Shown piece by piece: positions 23,175 to 34,181 of a stretch of DNA of 64,000 nt. A model generated the notes under the pieces. The model searched no databases. It was not told the DNA's origin and was given only the letters and a program-made list of their open reading frames with translations. Source of the DNA: Saccostrea echinata (taxonomy: Eukaryota); contig NW_026889758.1 of assembly GCF_033153115.1 (NCBI RefSeq), forward strand, positions 28,210,001 through 28,274,000, given 5' to 3'. How positions within the stretch are numbered: position 1 is the first letter of the stretch; each line of letters starts with the position of its first letter. The position numbers and the translations under genes are program-made.

Positions 23175-26122
23175 CTAATTCTCAATCAAAGGGACATCAA
23201 AGTTTGTAATCCAACAGCAAACAGCAAACATCTGTGACGCTAATGGCACTAAAGAAAGAGAAAGAATACCATCAAAAATATGAAAATTCTTTACACGACC
23301 TATAGCTCTTTCTACATGAATTCTTAATTTAGCAATATCTTGAGTTTCGAAAACATCTTTAGTAGAAAATTGGTTAGAAGAAGAACGAAAAGGTGGGATA
23401 TTCAAAGTGCAGCCCTTTTTTTCTAGCAAATCTCGTATAGTAAAACCCTTGTCTGCCATCACCCCATCCCCTTCCTCCAGAAGTTCAAGAAAGAGGGATC
23501 GCTCTATCATCTGGCGATCTGACACCTTCCCACCAAAGCTCTCTGAAACAAAAGATATAACACCAGAGGGAGTGATTCCAATAAGAAACTTTAAAGTGGT
23601 ATGATGCTTGTAGTGTGAAAATGACTGATTCTGATTAATCAAACTGCTAGATCTCTGAATAAATATTTCTGTACAATCAAGTATAACTCTAAGATTTGAA
23701 AAAGAATGAAAGCATGATGGCATATTTCTCTGTATAATATCCCTAGATGGAAAGGGATTAAGCTCTTTCAGTTCCTTGTAGAGAAGGCACACCCAAGTTG
23801 CAAAGTATTGCGAAAAGGTCCCTGTTGACACTCCAAATCTCTCTGCCATGTCCTGGACATACAAGCCAACCTTTAAATATTGAAGACACATATAAAAAAT
23901 TTAAATATTAAATGAACCCTTAAATCAAAAAGCATGGAACAATTAATATAATATAATATAATATTGTGTTTCTCCTATGATTACCTTAAGTCTCATCAAG
24001 GTTGCTAAGAATTGATCAATAGGCTCCAAAGCCATGCACCTTCTAGTTCTGCTCCTTTCTTCTGGGGTTGAGGAACTGCCTCTCCAGTATACCATTCTCT
24101 CACATTTGGGAGCCAGATAACTGAATATAAAAGAATTAAGTTTTTAATACATCAAGGGATGGGTAAATGAATGGATAGATAAATTAGATGCTAAAGTGGT
24201 TTCAAGAACATTAATAAATCATATTTTACTATATCATTCCCAACTATCTCATTGGCTTAAACTTGATCACATGATCCTGCAAATTAAACAATCATGGTGA
24301 TAACAATATACAATTATGGACTTTAGTGTAGGTCGATATGTGGTTATAAGGACTCCTCTCAAGTGATATTGACCAAAGACCCAGAAAGTGATAGCAACCG
24401 AGCTTGCGAGGTCGCTATCATTTTCTGTGTCTGAGGTCAACATCACTTGACATGGCTCCTTATAACCAAACTTACCATTCATTTATATTAGTTATATTAT
24501 ATAATCACTCAAAATGAATATCCTGACAAAGTCCTAACTGAACAGACTTGGCTGACATTAAGTCACAATGGTAAACACATGCTTCTTATATTATGACGTC
24601 ACATTCTACACAACTTTGGTGGAGCCAAAGTGTGAGTCATGCGATGTCATATTCCACCAATGTGCTTTTGCGTCAATATCACAAAAGGACGAATATCATT
24701 TGACATCCTTTCAGCCAATGAAAATTACAGAAATAATCTTATATAATATTTGTCAATATTGACTGGATGTTCCTATATACATACTTGAAGAGCCATAAAA
24801 AAACTGCAAAGGTTGGCAGTCCCGTATAAAACTTTGTCATGGCATCATCATCCTTGATCTTTGCCACAGACCATTTACTATCTTGCAGTCTTCTCAACTC
24901 AGACTGGAGCTTCCTGTTCTCAAGTAACAAGGGATCTGGATCACATTGTACACCTACAATCATTTAATGAATGTTTACCCTTGAATAGACAATACATGTA
25001 TGTCTTTTTTACATTGATGAAATTAAGGAATGACTTGTCACGTAGGCATATTTCATGAAGCGAGCTAGCACTTCATGAAAAATATGCCTACGTGCTAGTC
25101 TGTGTGATCTACACACCAATAATTCACACAAAACTTAAAAACATTCCTTATATTTACATTTTACATGTTCAAAATCACCAACAATATACTCATTGTTTGA
25201 ATTTCTCGCTGTCCTATATCGTTACATTCTTTATTAATGTCTCTGTATCCTCATTGTGACGTCACTTTAGCACGAGTTTCTCAGTGCATATTTCTACGCG
25301 TGAGTATACACTAAAATGGTATTCATATCAATTTCACAGTTGGCTTAGTAGAAAAACACAGCAAATGTAAATATTAAAAACTGATTTTTGATATACCCTC
25401 TGTAAATTTCGTTTTGTCATCCTCTCAACTCTTTTTACATCCACAGCCTTCTCCTTGTAAGAAAAAAGTGTTGGGACATAATTAGTATCTTCTGGATCAT
25501 CACTATGCCACCCTAAAACAAAATGCTCAGAGCATATGCATGTGTGGTCACTGGGTGTGAAATCCTTTCTGTTGATGGCCTTAATCCACAGACGCCGTTT
25601 TCTGGTATCCTTTGGGAATCTTTATTGATAAAAAGCTCGAAATAAATACATGTATTTAGTACTGTAAATCTCTAAAACATACACACACAGAAACACCAGT
25701 ATAATTATATTTTGTGTAGAATTACGTTAATTTCCAAAATGTGCAATAGAAAGACTGTTTGATTCTAGATCTACATATTTATCCTGTGATGAACTGTATA
25801 TTTATCCTGTGATGAACTGTAATTATGTAAATAATTAAGTAAATATATAGAAATATATAGTCAACCATTTATATAGGTCGCAACTACTTTGCATCTCAAC
25901 AAAGGAAATAGTATAATATTATTACATAAATGTGAAAATTAGTGGACATACCCTTATGTTATATATACATGTACACTGTACAAAGGTATGTTTGAGATCA
26001 TTTTATCATGAATTATTTGGAAGAAAAAAAATGATAACATACCTAAAAAAGTGAAGTCCCTTCTCCTTTCCCTTTGTGTCATCACGATTTGTACATCCAA
26101 ACACGCAACACGTTCTTACCAT
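23175..26122 (-). CDS. ISL2EU transposase: THAP, HTH and DDE (Harbinger-like DDE_Tnp_4); exons 26122-26043, 25619-25397, [linker exon unresolved], 24953-24785, 24120-23985, 23870-23175
   Basis: THAP MVRTCCVFGC...FPKD...W...CICSEHF...VPTLF; FYTGLP; HTH LMRLKVGLYVQDMAERFGVS; catalytic LDCTE, MADKGF, RIHVERAIGRVK. Phase mismatch between 25397 and 24953. Confidence 0.88.
24301..24748. mobile_element. Hairpin-ended element H2 in a transposase intron
   Basis: Imperfect palindrome 24342-24467. Internal junction TATATTAGTTA|TATTATATAA (24484-24504) is complementary to the ends TAACAATATA and TTATATAATA. CCAAT at 24715. Confidence 0.65.
25024..25373. mobile_element. Hairpin-ended element H3 in a transposase intron
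   Basis: Palindrome 25039-25094. Internal CATTCCTTA|TATTTACATTT (25142-25161) is the exact reverse complement of right end AAATGTAAATA joined to left end TAAGGAATG. Confidence 0.7.
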
Positions 26123-26888
26123 GCCTAATGTTTATCGAGTAAACCGAAAGCGCAAGTTTCATTAAAGTGAAAGTTTGCCCTGCATGTGCGAAGAGCAGGC
26201 TCGCAGTTACCGTGAAACGGTCTATTTGTGTTCCTTTTTGGATATTAACCAATCAGAGGCTAGAATACAAACAAAATTGAATTATTTCGAATTAAACGTA
26301 AGTTACTGCGAATTAAATTCGATCCGCGTTCACACGGAGAATTTAATGCGAATTAGTTTAATTCGAATTAGTTTACTGCGCATTAAATTACTTCGCATGA
26401 GCTCCGTGTGAACGCTAAGCGAAGCTAATTCGAATTAAATTTTGACGCATGCGTAAGGGCAGAATTACGTCACAAGCCACATGTCGGTGGTCAGATATAG
26501 GTACTTGTGCTATTTTTGAGTGGAAAAAAGGGAAAATATGATAATCACTAAAATGTGTACAGACACTATGACAATGTCAAATCAGTGGTCAAATGTATCT
26601 GCTCAGCACAATATGACCTGATTCGCAAAATGACGTCATAATAGCCTTACTGAATAGCCTTATTGTAGAAATAAAAATTTAATTCGCATTAGTTTACTTC
26701 GCATTAGTTGTCGTGTGAACGCAATTTAATTCGCATTAGTTTAATTCGCATTAGTTTACTTCGCATTAATTTAATTCGAATTAAACTCTCCGTGTGAACA
26801 GGGCATTAACATTTTAATTCGCATTAGTTTACTTCGCATTAGGTGTGAACGCAATTTAATTCGCATTAGTTTAATTCGCATCATTTTA

Positions 26889-27408
26889 TGCCCTGTTCAC
26901 ACGGAGAGTTTAATTCGAATTAAACGTAAGTTACTGCGAATTAAATTTGATCCGTGTTCACACGGAGAATTTAATGCGAATTAGTTTAATTCGAATTAGT
27001 TTACTGCGCATTAAATTACTTCGCATTAGCTCCGTGTGAACGCTAAGCGAAGCTAATTCGAATTAAATTTTGACGCATGCGTAAGAGCAAAATTAAATCA
27101 CCTGCCACATGACGGTGGTCAGTTATAGGTACCTATGCCATTTTTAGTGCAAAACAAAGGAAAATTACGTTAATCACTGAAATGTGTATAGACACTATGA
27201 CATTATGTCAAATGGATTTGCTCTGCATAAGGTGACGTGATTTGAAAATGACGTCAGAATAGCCTTACTGAAAAGCCTTACTGTAGAAATAAAATTTTAA
27301 TTCGCATTAGTTTACTTCGCATTATCTGTCGTGTGAACGCAATTTAATTCGCATTATTTTATTTCCTATTAATTTACTGCGAATTAAACTCTCCGTGTGA
27401 ACAGGGCA
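26889..27408 (+). mobile_element. PIF/Harbinger-type MITE copy E
   Basis: Same TIRs; TTA TSD at 26886-26888 and 27409-27411. Confidence 0.9.
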
Positions 27409-29381
27409 TTACTTCGCATTAATTTACTGCGAATTAAAATCTCCGTGTGAACAGGGCATAACATTGTGAATACTTAATTTGTCACGCGACTTGTAGGGTA
27501 GCATGAGTTTTGAATGTTATGTTCTTTCCTGACTGATCTACTAGGGAATTGTGTTCGAACATGTAAAATTGTCAGGCATTGATTTACGATCTTCTTCTTC
27601 TACATCTTTTTGCTCTTATTGAAACCTTTGTTGAAACCTGGTGCCATATATGGGAAAAAAAAAAAATCATTCTTACAGTATTAGCTCCACCTCTCCTGCA
27701 TATTTACCAGTATAGATCAGACAATGTAATTTCCAAAGCAGCGAGGGCGAAAAAAGAACAACTTATTTTATTGCATCACAGTCATCAATCATTTCAAATT
27801 GACGTGAAAAGGAGTTGAATTAGGTAAGGCATGGAAGTTACAGAAGCCACCGAAAAAAAAATCAGTCCTAAGTGCAGTCGTCCTTTTTTCTGCAATGATA
27901 GCAATCGTTATTCCCTGTATTAACAAATACGAATTTTTTTATATTTATATCTGCATAAGCAATTCAGGGAAAGAACGTAAAATATTGTATAATTGGGTCG
28001 TAGATACATTGATGGAAGAGCCTGCTTCTCCATAAAATCTTTCAAACAGAGGTTCTAATATAGATTATTTATTGTTAATGCGAAAAGGGCAATCGTTTTT
28101 TTTTTTATAAGAAATAGAGAAAATATTTAGTTGATGTAGAATCTATGCATAATAAAAATATCTATAAATAAAATATGTCAAAAGAGTCTGTTAGACATTT
28201 TTTTAAAAGATAAAATAATTTTTATGAATTCCTCCTTAAATGCATATTTAAGCAATATGCTGTTAAGTTAAATAAATATTTACTTGAAGTTTCCGCTTTT
28301 TACTATACACGGAAAATTCATGTGATGCATATTGTAAATTACTTGGCGTTTGAGACAGAATAATAGTATCATTTGCATGAAATATCAACAGTTTCATAAA
28401 AATGAAGCCCATCATTTAATATACTTACATGTATCAACGGTAAAATAAGGGAATAATTAACACACATATGTTATCAAAACTGTAACCTGAGATAAAATAA
28501 ATTCTTGTACATTTCTACTCTAGGGCAAATATGGACAAATCGGGAGAAGACGTGAAGGGTTAGCTGGGTCACTTAATAGACAATGACCCCTGGTTGGACA
28601 CATGTATATTGGTCCAAACTACGTTGAATCATGAATATGCAAAAATGATATCTCTATTACATAGGAAATGTGAATAAGTTATATCATCTAATATAGTAGA
28701 GGGTGAACATGGCTGAATTTCAAACTCTTTATGCACAAATACATGTAACATCACCTGCGGGGACTTTGGTCATGGACAGTATCACACAGTGGTGTGTGTA
28801 TATATACCAGTAATTAGACAGAAATAAATTACACGGCCAAGTGATCTGGCGATAAGCAACTTGCTTTACTCCTTTCTGTTGAAAACAAAATTTTACCTTT
28901 ACATTTAAAAAGAAAAAGATCAGGATGAGACCAATACAACAACACTAATGTACTTATCCCATGAGCACTGAACAGTTGAAGTTAATGATATCAACCGATT
29001 GCCAAAATATTAACCTTTTCATTTACGACAATGAAAACACAACAATGCATGCCTAGCACTCATAGTCCTTCGTAACGATGATCGAAAAAATAATATAATT
29101 TCATTTGCATTTCATTGAAAATTTCAAATATGAAAAATTTACAGTCTTAACTATAGAAACGTACTGATTTAAAATGTTTTTTCTGTTAAATATAGATCCG
29201 ATAGATGTCTTTGTCGCCGTTTATTTCCCGGTATACTTACTCACTTCGGGTCACCATTCTAACCAGTACCCTGACCAATACACGTTCTTGACAAAACATC
29301 ACGTAACATAGTAACAAACCATCGATCAAATCACCGCAATTATACAGAACTTTCTTATCGAACACATTTATTACGACATGG

Positions 29382-29499
29382 CCAATCAAAATCGTGGGTA
29401 TCTCCACGTGGTATTACGTGTAGTATAAGAAGCAAATGTTTAATGTCCGCGTGTACAGGAGTTGACTCAATCTTTTTAGGACCACAAGTCTGCACGGGG
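29382..29499 (+). promoter_or_regulatory. Promoter (CCAAT, CCACGTGG, TATA) and non-coding exon 1 of the Gly/Tyr-rich gene
   Basis: CCAAT 29382, CCACGTGG 29404-29411, TATAAGA 29424, donor GG|GTAGGA at 29499/29500. The next exon's acceptor (29971) lies 6 nt before the ATG. Confidence 0.55.
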
Positions 29500-29977
29500 G
29501 TAGGACACTGGCTTAATTAACAATTGTTTCATGATATATATTGTTGCTTAAAATTAAATTCATTTTGGTGTGCATTTCATTATCTTCAATTTGTAATTAA
29601 TGTCAGATTTAAAATATAAAGTATGTCAATGCAAAGTATTTTTTTTTTCATTAATGAAATGTTTTTCTCGGTCTGTCTCATGATTATCCTTTAGTTTATA
29701 GTTAAGATATTAGAGCTCAGAAATGAAAAGTCTTTAACCAGTCGATAATCGATGTACTGAATATGTAAATTGTTATTTTTTTTTTAATATTTTTTTTTAT
29801 TGATGACACATTTATCTTTCAAAACTTGTTTTATAACTCAAATGATGTTATAAATTTTAATCCGATTCTCGAAAAAAAAAGTTATTAGAAAGAAATCCTT
29901 CCGTACGTTTTATAGTATATATAAAAGTTATAGAAACAAAAAGATTACAGTTCCATTTTCTAAACTTTCAGGTGAAA

Positions 29978-31113
29978 ATGAAGTTCCTGTTCGTGCTGTT
30001 GGTGTTGGCAATCATAGCTTCTGTGGAGGCTGGTGGATATAAAAGACGCCCTCAACCAAGGCGTAGTAAGTCTCTGATTTAAAAAAATGCATTACTAGAC
30101 ATACGTATGAAAATACAAACAATATCGGGGGAGGGGGGGGGGGGGGCTGGACCTTTGACTAACTTTTCGTTACAATTACTTGTATTTTTTTTTAATGCTG
30201 GTATTAACCAGTGTTCGATCGTACAGCAACAAAAAGTGGAAAGGGGGGATGCAGCATCCAAGTGAAAATTTACAAATCAAAACTACAGTCCCCCAACCCC
30301 GCCCCGGGTACTTCGGGCCCGTGTTCCGTTATTTTTGTGAAATTTGAGTGGGTAAAATTTTATTATGTAATATTTATTACAATCTAACTTACTTGTAAGA
30401 ATTGATAATTATCAGCATTTCGGCGACATAATTTCAGTGTTCAAAGGATACGGTAAACGTGGCGGCGGATCCTGGGGCGGAAACTGGTATGGTGGCATGG
30501 GCAATATGGGATACGGAGGATGGGGGTATGGGGGCGGCATGGGTGCCATGGGATATGGAGGATTGGGATACGGAGGCGGTCTAGGTGGATATTACGGAGG
30601 ATATGCAACATCATATCCCAGTATGTCGTATGGAGGATATGCATCGTCCTATCCCAGTATGTCGTATGGAGGATATGCATCGTCCTATCCCAGTATGTCG
30701 TATGGAGGATATTACAGTGGATATCCTTCCTACTCTGGAGGATACTACAGCAGCGGATATCCTGCATACAGTGGGGGATATTACTCTGGAGGTTACCCTA
30801 TGTACAGCGGTAGTTATTATACTGGTGCTAGTTACCCTGCCTACGCTACAAGCGGGTTGTCTACCGGGGGTGTCGTATCGACTGGGGCAGCAGTCCCAGC
30901 AGCAAGCAATGTCGCCGCCTTGGGAGGAACCTCTTTAGCTTCTGCCATCGGTTCCATTGGTTCATTCGGAACAGGATCTAACACTGGCTACTATCCTCTG
31001 GGAGCTGCAACTTATGCAGGTAAAAGACAATTTTTAAAACAGTCAGTGCAGCAATGATTACAACTGATTTGATGTTCCTTACTTATTGAAATACAATTTC
31101 TTTGTCAGGTTGA
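29978..31113 (+). CDS. Secreted Gly/Tyr/Ser-rich structural protein, ~224 aa (prisilkin/shematrin-like composition, putative shell-matrix protein); exons 29978-30065, 30438-31019, 31109-31113
   Basis: Signal peptide MKFLFVLLVLAIIASVEA, GGYGG repeats, 3x YGGYA(S/T)SYPSMS. Phase-1 GT-AG introns; AATAAA at 31181. Confidence 0.88.
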
Positions 31114-31265
31114 TGAAGCCACCACTCATGCTATTGTTGTTCTGGAAAGAGTTGCTGGTCATTTGTTCTTGTATTTTTACAATAAATTATTTCAATAATT
31201 AAAGTTTTATCCCAAATTTTTGTTGAAATAATACAAAACCCTGAAGTCATTGCAGATGGCGATCT

Positions 31266-32520
31266 TTATGCCCCGCCATGAATATGGCCGGGGCATGTAG
31301 TGTTTGTCATGTCCGTCTTCCGTCCTTCTGTCCTTCCGTCACACTTTGCGTTTAGCTCTGTTCAAAGCTCAGTTTCAAAGAAACTATCCAAGATATTTTC
31401 ATCAAACTTCATATGCTGATAGATATTGATGAGAGCTATGCAACTGCATCAACATTTTTTGACCTTGACCATTCACTTGACCTTGACCTCACTTTTCTTA
31501 AATTAGTGTTTAGCTCAGTTTTAAAGATACCATTCAAGATAGTGTAATCAAACTTCATATGCCGATAGATATTGATGAGAGCTATGCAACTGCATCAACA
31601 TTTTTGACCTTGACCTTTCACTTGACCTTGACCTCACTTTTCTTAAATTAGTGTTTAGCTCAGTTTTAAAGATACCATTCAAGATAGTATAATCAAACTT
31701 CACATGTTGATACATACCGGTGTAAGCTATTCCACTGCATCAACATTTTTTGACCTTGACCTTTCTTTTAACCTTGACCTCACTTTTCTTAAATTAGTGT
31801 TTAGCTCAGTTTTAATGAAACCATTCAAGATATTTTTAACAAACTTCATATGCTGATACATACTGATGAGAGCTATTCAACTGCATCAATATTTTTTACC
31901 TTGACCTTTCCTTTGACCTTGACCTCACTTTTCTTAAATTAATAAGTTTTTAGCTCAGTTTTAAAGATACCATTCAAGATAGTGTTATCAAACTTCATAT
32001 GCTGATACATACTGATGAGAAGTATTCAACTGCATTAACATTTTTTGACATTGACCTTTCCTTTGACCTTGACCTCACTTTTCTTAAATTAGTGTCAAAC
32101 TTCATATGCTGATACATACTGATAAGAGCTATTCAACTGCATCAATATTTTTTGACCTTGACCTTTCTTTTGACCTTGACCTCACTTTTCTTAAATTAGT
32201 GTTTATCTCAGTTTTAAAGAAACTATTCATAATATTTTTATCAAACTTCATATGCTAATACATACTGATGTAACCTTTTCAACTGCGTCAACAATTTTTT
32301 GACCTTGACCTTTTCTTTGACCTTGACCTCACTTTTCTTAAATTAGTGCCAAACTTCATATGCTGATACATACTGATGTAAGCTATTCAACTGAATCAAT
32401 ATTTTTTGACATTGACCTTTCCTTTGACCTTGACCTCACTTTTCTCAATTTGTGTTAAAATGTTGCATTACTAATATACCCTCGGCGGGGCATTCATGGC
32501 CTATGGACATATTTCTAGTT
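31266..32520 (+). mobile_element. Helentron-like HINE element with 8 internal satellite units (~146 and ~107 bp)
   Basis: 5' TTTATGCCCCGCC...CCGGGGCAT hairpin, CCGT microsatellite, tandem GACCTTGACCTCACTTTT units, 3' CGGCGGGGCATTCAT...CTAGTT. Confidence 0.8.
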
Positions 32521-34142
32521 ACAGAATAAATCGATGACAAAGAAAACTTCCTTTCTAATTCGCACTAATACTAGAACTTCAAGTGATAAAATCCGTCACT
32601 GTGCATACTTTTAACGATGTGATGTAAGAAAAAAAAACTATGAATCATTTTAACAATTCTAAAGACATTTATTAATTACTATTACATCTTACAAAAATTT
32701 TCATTAACTTCAACGCGTTTGTCTATGTACCTGCATTACACCAGAATATTTTAAAACAATGATATATTATTTAGTATGGAAAACCCTTCAACGTGTGATA
32801 CCGTTTCAACCAATAGGTGAAAACTGGCTCAATGACCACTTTGTGTGTGTTTTTTAAATCTGGCCCCTGGGGGCAGGGTGGGGCCACAATAGAGATCAAA
32901 GTTGTACATTGGAATATCTAGGAATTAAAAAAAAAACTTCTCAAAAACAGAAGGGTTGTGATAAGTGATATCAAAATGCAATCATCCTCTCGTAGTGCAG
33001 ATTCAAGTTTGTACAAATCATAGCACTGGGGTAGGATTGCAGCATGCTAGGAGATTTAAGTTCTGATGGGGAATATATGGAAAAAAATCGGATTCCATAA
33101 AAAGAAAAGAAGAAAGGTTTTATTCATTAGTATAAAGGACATAAGCAACGTAGTTTGAACTTTATTGTCTTTTCCCCTGGAGTTGAAGAGTTCCAATACT
33201 TAAAGGAACTGTGTGCTACATTTTAATGTCTATATATGCTGTTGTACACTTCTAAAACAAGTTTGGGTAAACAAAACATCCAGAATATATGTTTAGTAAT
33301 TATGTATATTTTTCTTTGAATTATACAAGAATTTTCACCTATTGATATCTTTTCAAAACCCCTGGTAATGCATGCTGAGTTTTTGTCTACGAACATCTGT
33401 TGGCACTATAATCTTAAATTCAGAATATCTTGAAAAAATATCAGTAAGTAAGGTACGTTGCGTATGTCATTAAACCTAAACCCTTTATTGTTTTACATAC
33501 CGTAGTCGGACGATTTATTAATCGGATACCATTGACAACGTTCGTTTTGTGCGAATGTCCTTAAAAATTATGGAATTCGGATAGGGCCAGTAGTTCACTA
33601 TCGCATCATCGCACCATCGAGGTTTGGGTCGATAGTGCAATTACGAATCAATGGTGCGACAGCGCGAAGACGATGATGCAATGGCACAACAATGCGATGA
33701 CACGATAGCCCGATGACGATGAAGCGATGTTCACTTTCGCTCCATCGTACCAACCTAGCTGCAGAACTGTAGCTCTATGGTTGAAAAAAATCAGACAAAC
33801 CAGAGAGCTACAGGTCCAGGCATTGTAAACTCCTTCCTTTTACGGCGTTTTTTTTTTGTTGTTGCTCGCTTCAGATACATGTATTAGTTTTTGTATTATA
33901 TGCGTTCCCCCACTTAAAGCCTGGCGTCTGTTAATTAACCATATATTTTACTCATAATATTGATACTTAATTTACTTTCAACAATACCAACAATACTATA
34001 AGGCCTCAGAATGTCAATTTTAAAATTCGCATCCCAACGTCCAAGTCAAAATTGAAATCAACTTTTTAAATTTTTCTCTTTTTTTTGGGGGGGGGGGGGT
34101 GTGTGTCAGAAATCATCTATATCTTTAGAAAAGGCATATGTA

Positions 34143-34146
<4 letters not shown>

Positions 34147-34181
<35 letters not shown>

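Larger units (their letters stand above)
19698..26223. mobile_element. ISL2EU-type (PIF/Harbinger-related) two-gene DNA transposon, 6526 bp
   Basis: TIRs AGACTGTTTCACGATAA / TTACCGTGAAACGGTCT, plus a subterminal GCAGGGCAAACT match. AT TSD at 19696-19697 and 26224-26225. Convergent YqaJ and THAP-DDE genes. Confidence 0.92.
19211..26284. mobile_element. Hairpin-ended non-autonomous element H1 (19211-19697 plus 26226-26284); possibly Crypton/tyrosine-recombinase type
   Basis: ~154-bp near-perfect palindrome 19213-19366 with a GCGAAGC apex. Internal junction CATTCCTTA|TAATTTAATT is complementary to both ends. CCAAT ~30 bp from the far end. No clean TSD. Family assignment is inference. Confidence 0.7.
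19185..26805 (+). mobile_element. PIF/Harbinger-type MITE copy D, interrupted after ~26 bp by H1 and the ISL2EU element
   Basis: Left TIR 19185-19210; resumes TTCGAATTAAACGTAAG at ~26286; right TIR ends 26805; TTA TSD on both sides. Confidence 0.9.
17745..27458 (+). mobile_element. Host PIF/Harbinger-type MITE (copy A, left TIR lost), split into 5 pieces by nested insertions
   Basis: Pieces 17745-17802, 18344-18455, 18997-19184, 26809-26888 and 27412-27458 join into one colinear copy ending CTCCGTGTGAACAGGGCA followed by TAA. Confidence 0.85.

Noticed and set aside
30441-30938. Overlapping alternative-frame ORFs in the Gly/Tyr gene
   Set aside because: Shadows of the 36-nt repeat; no independent start or splice support.
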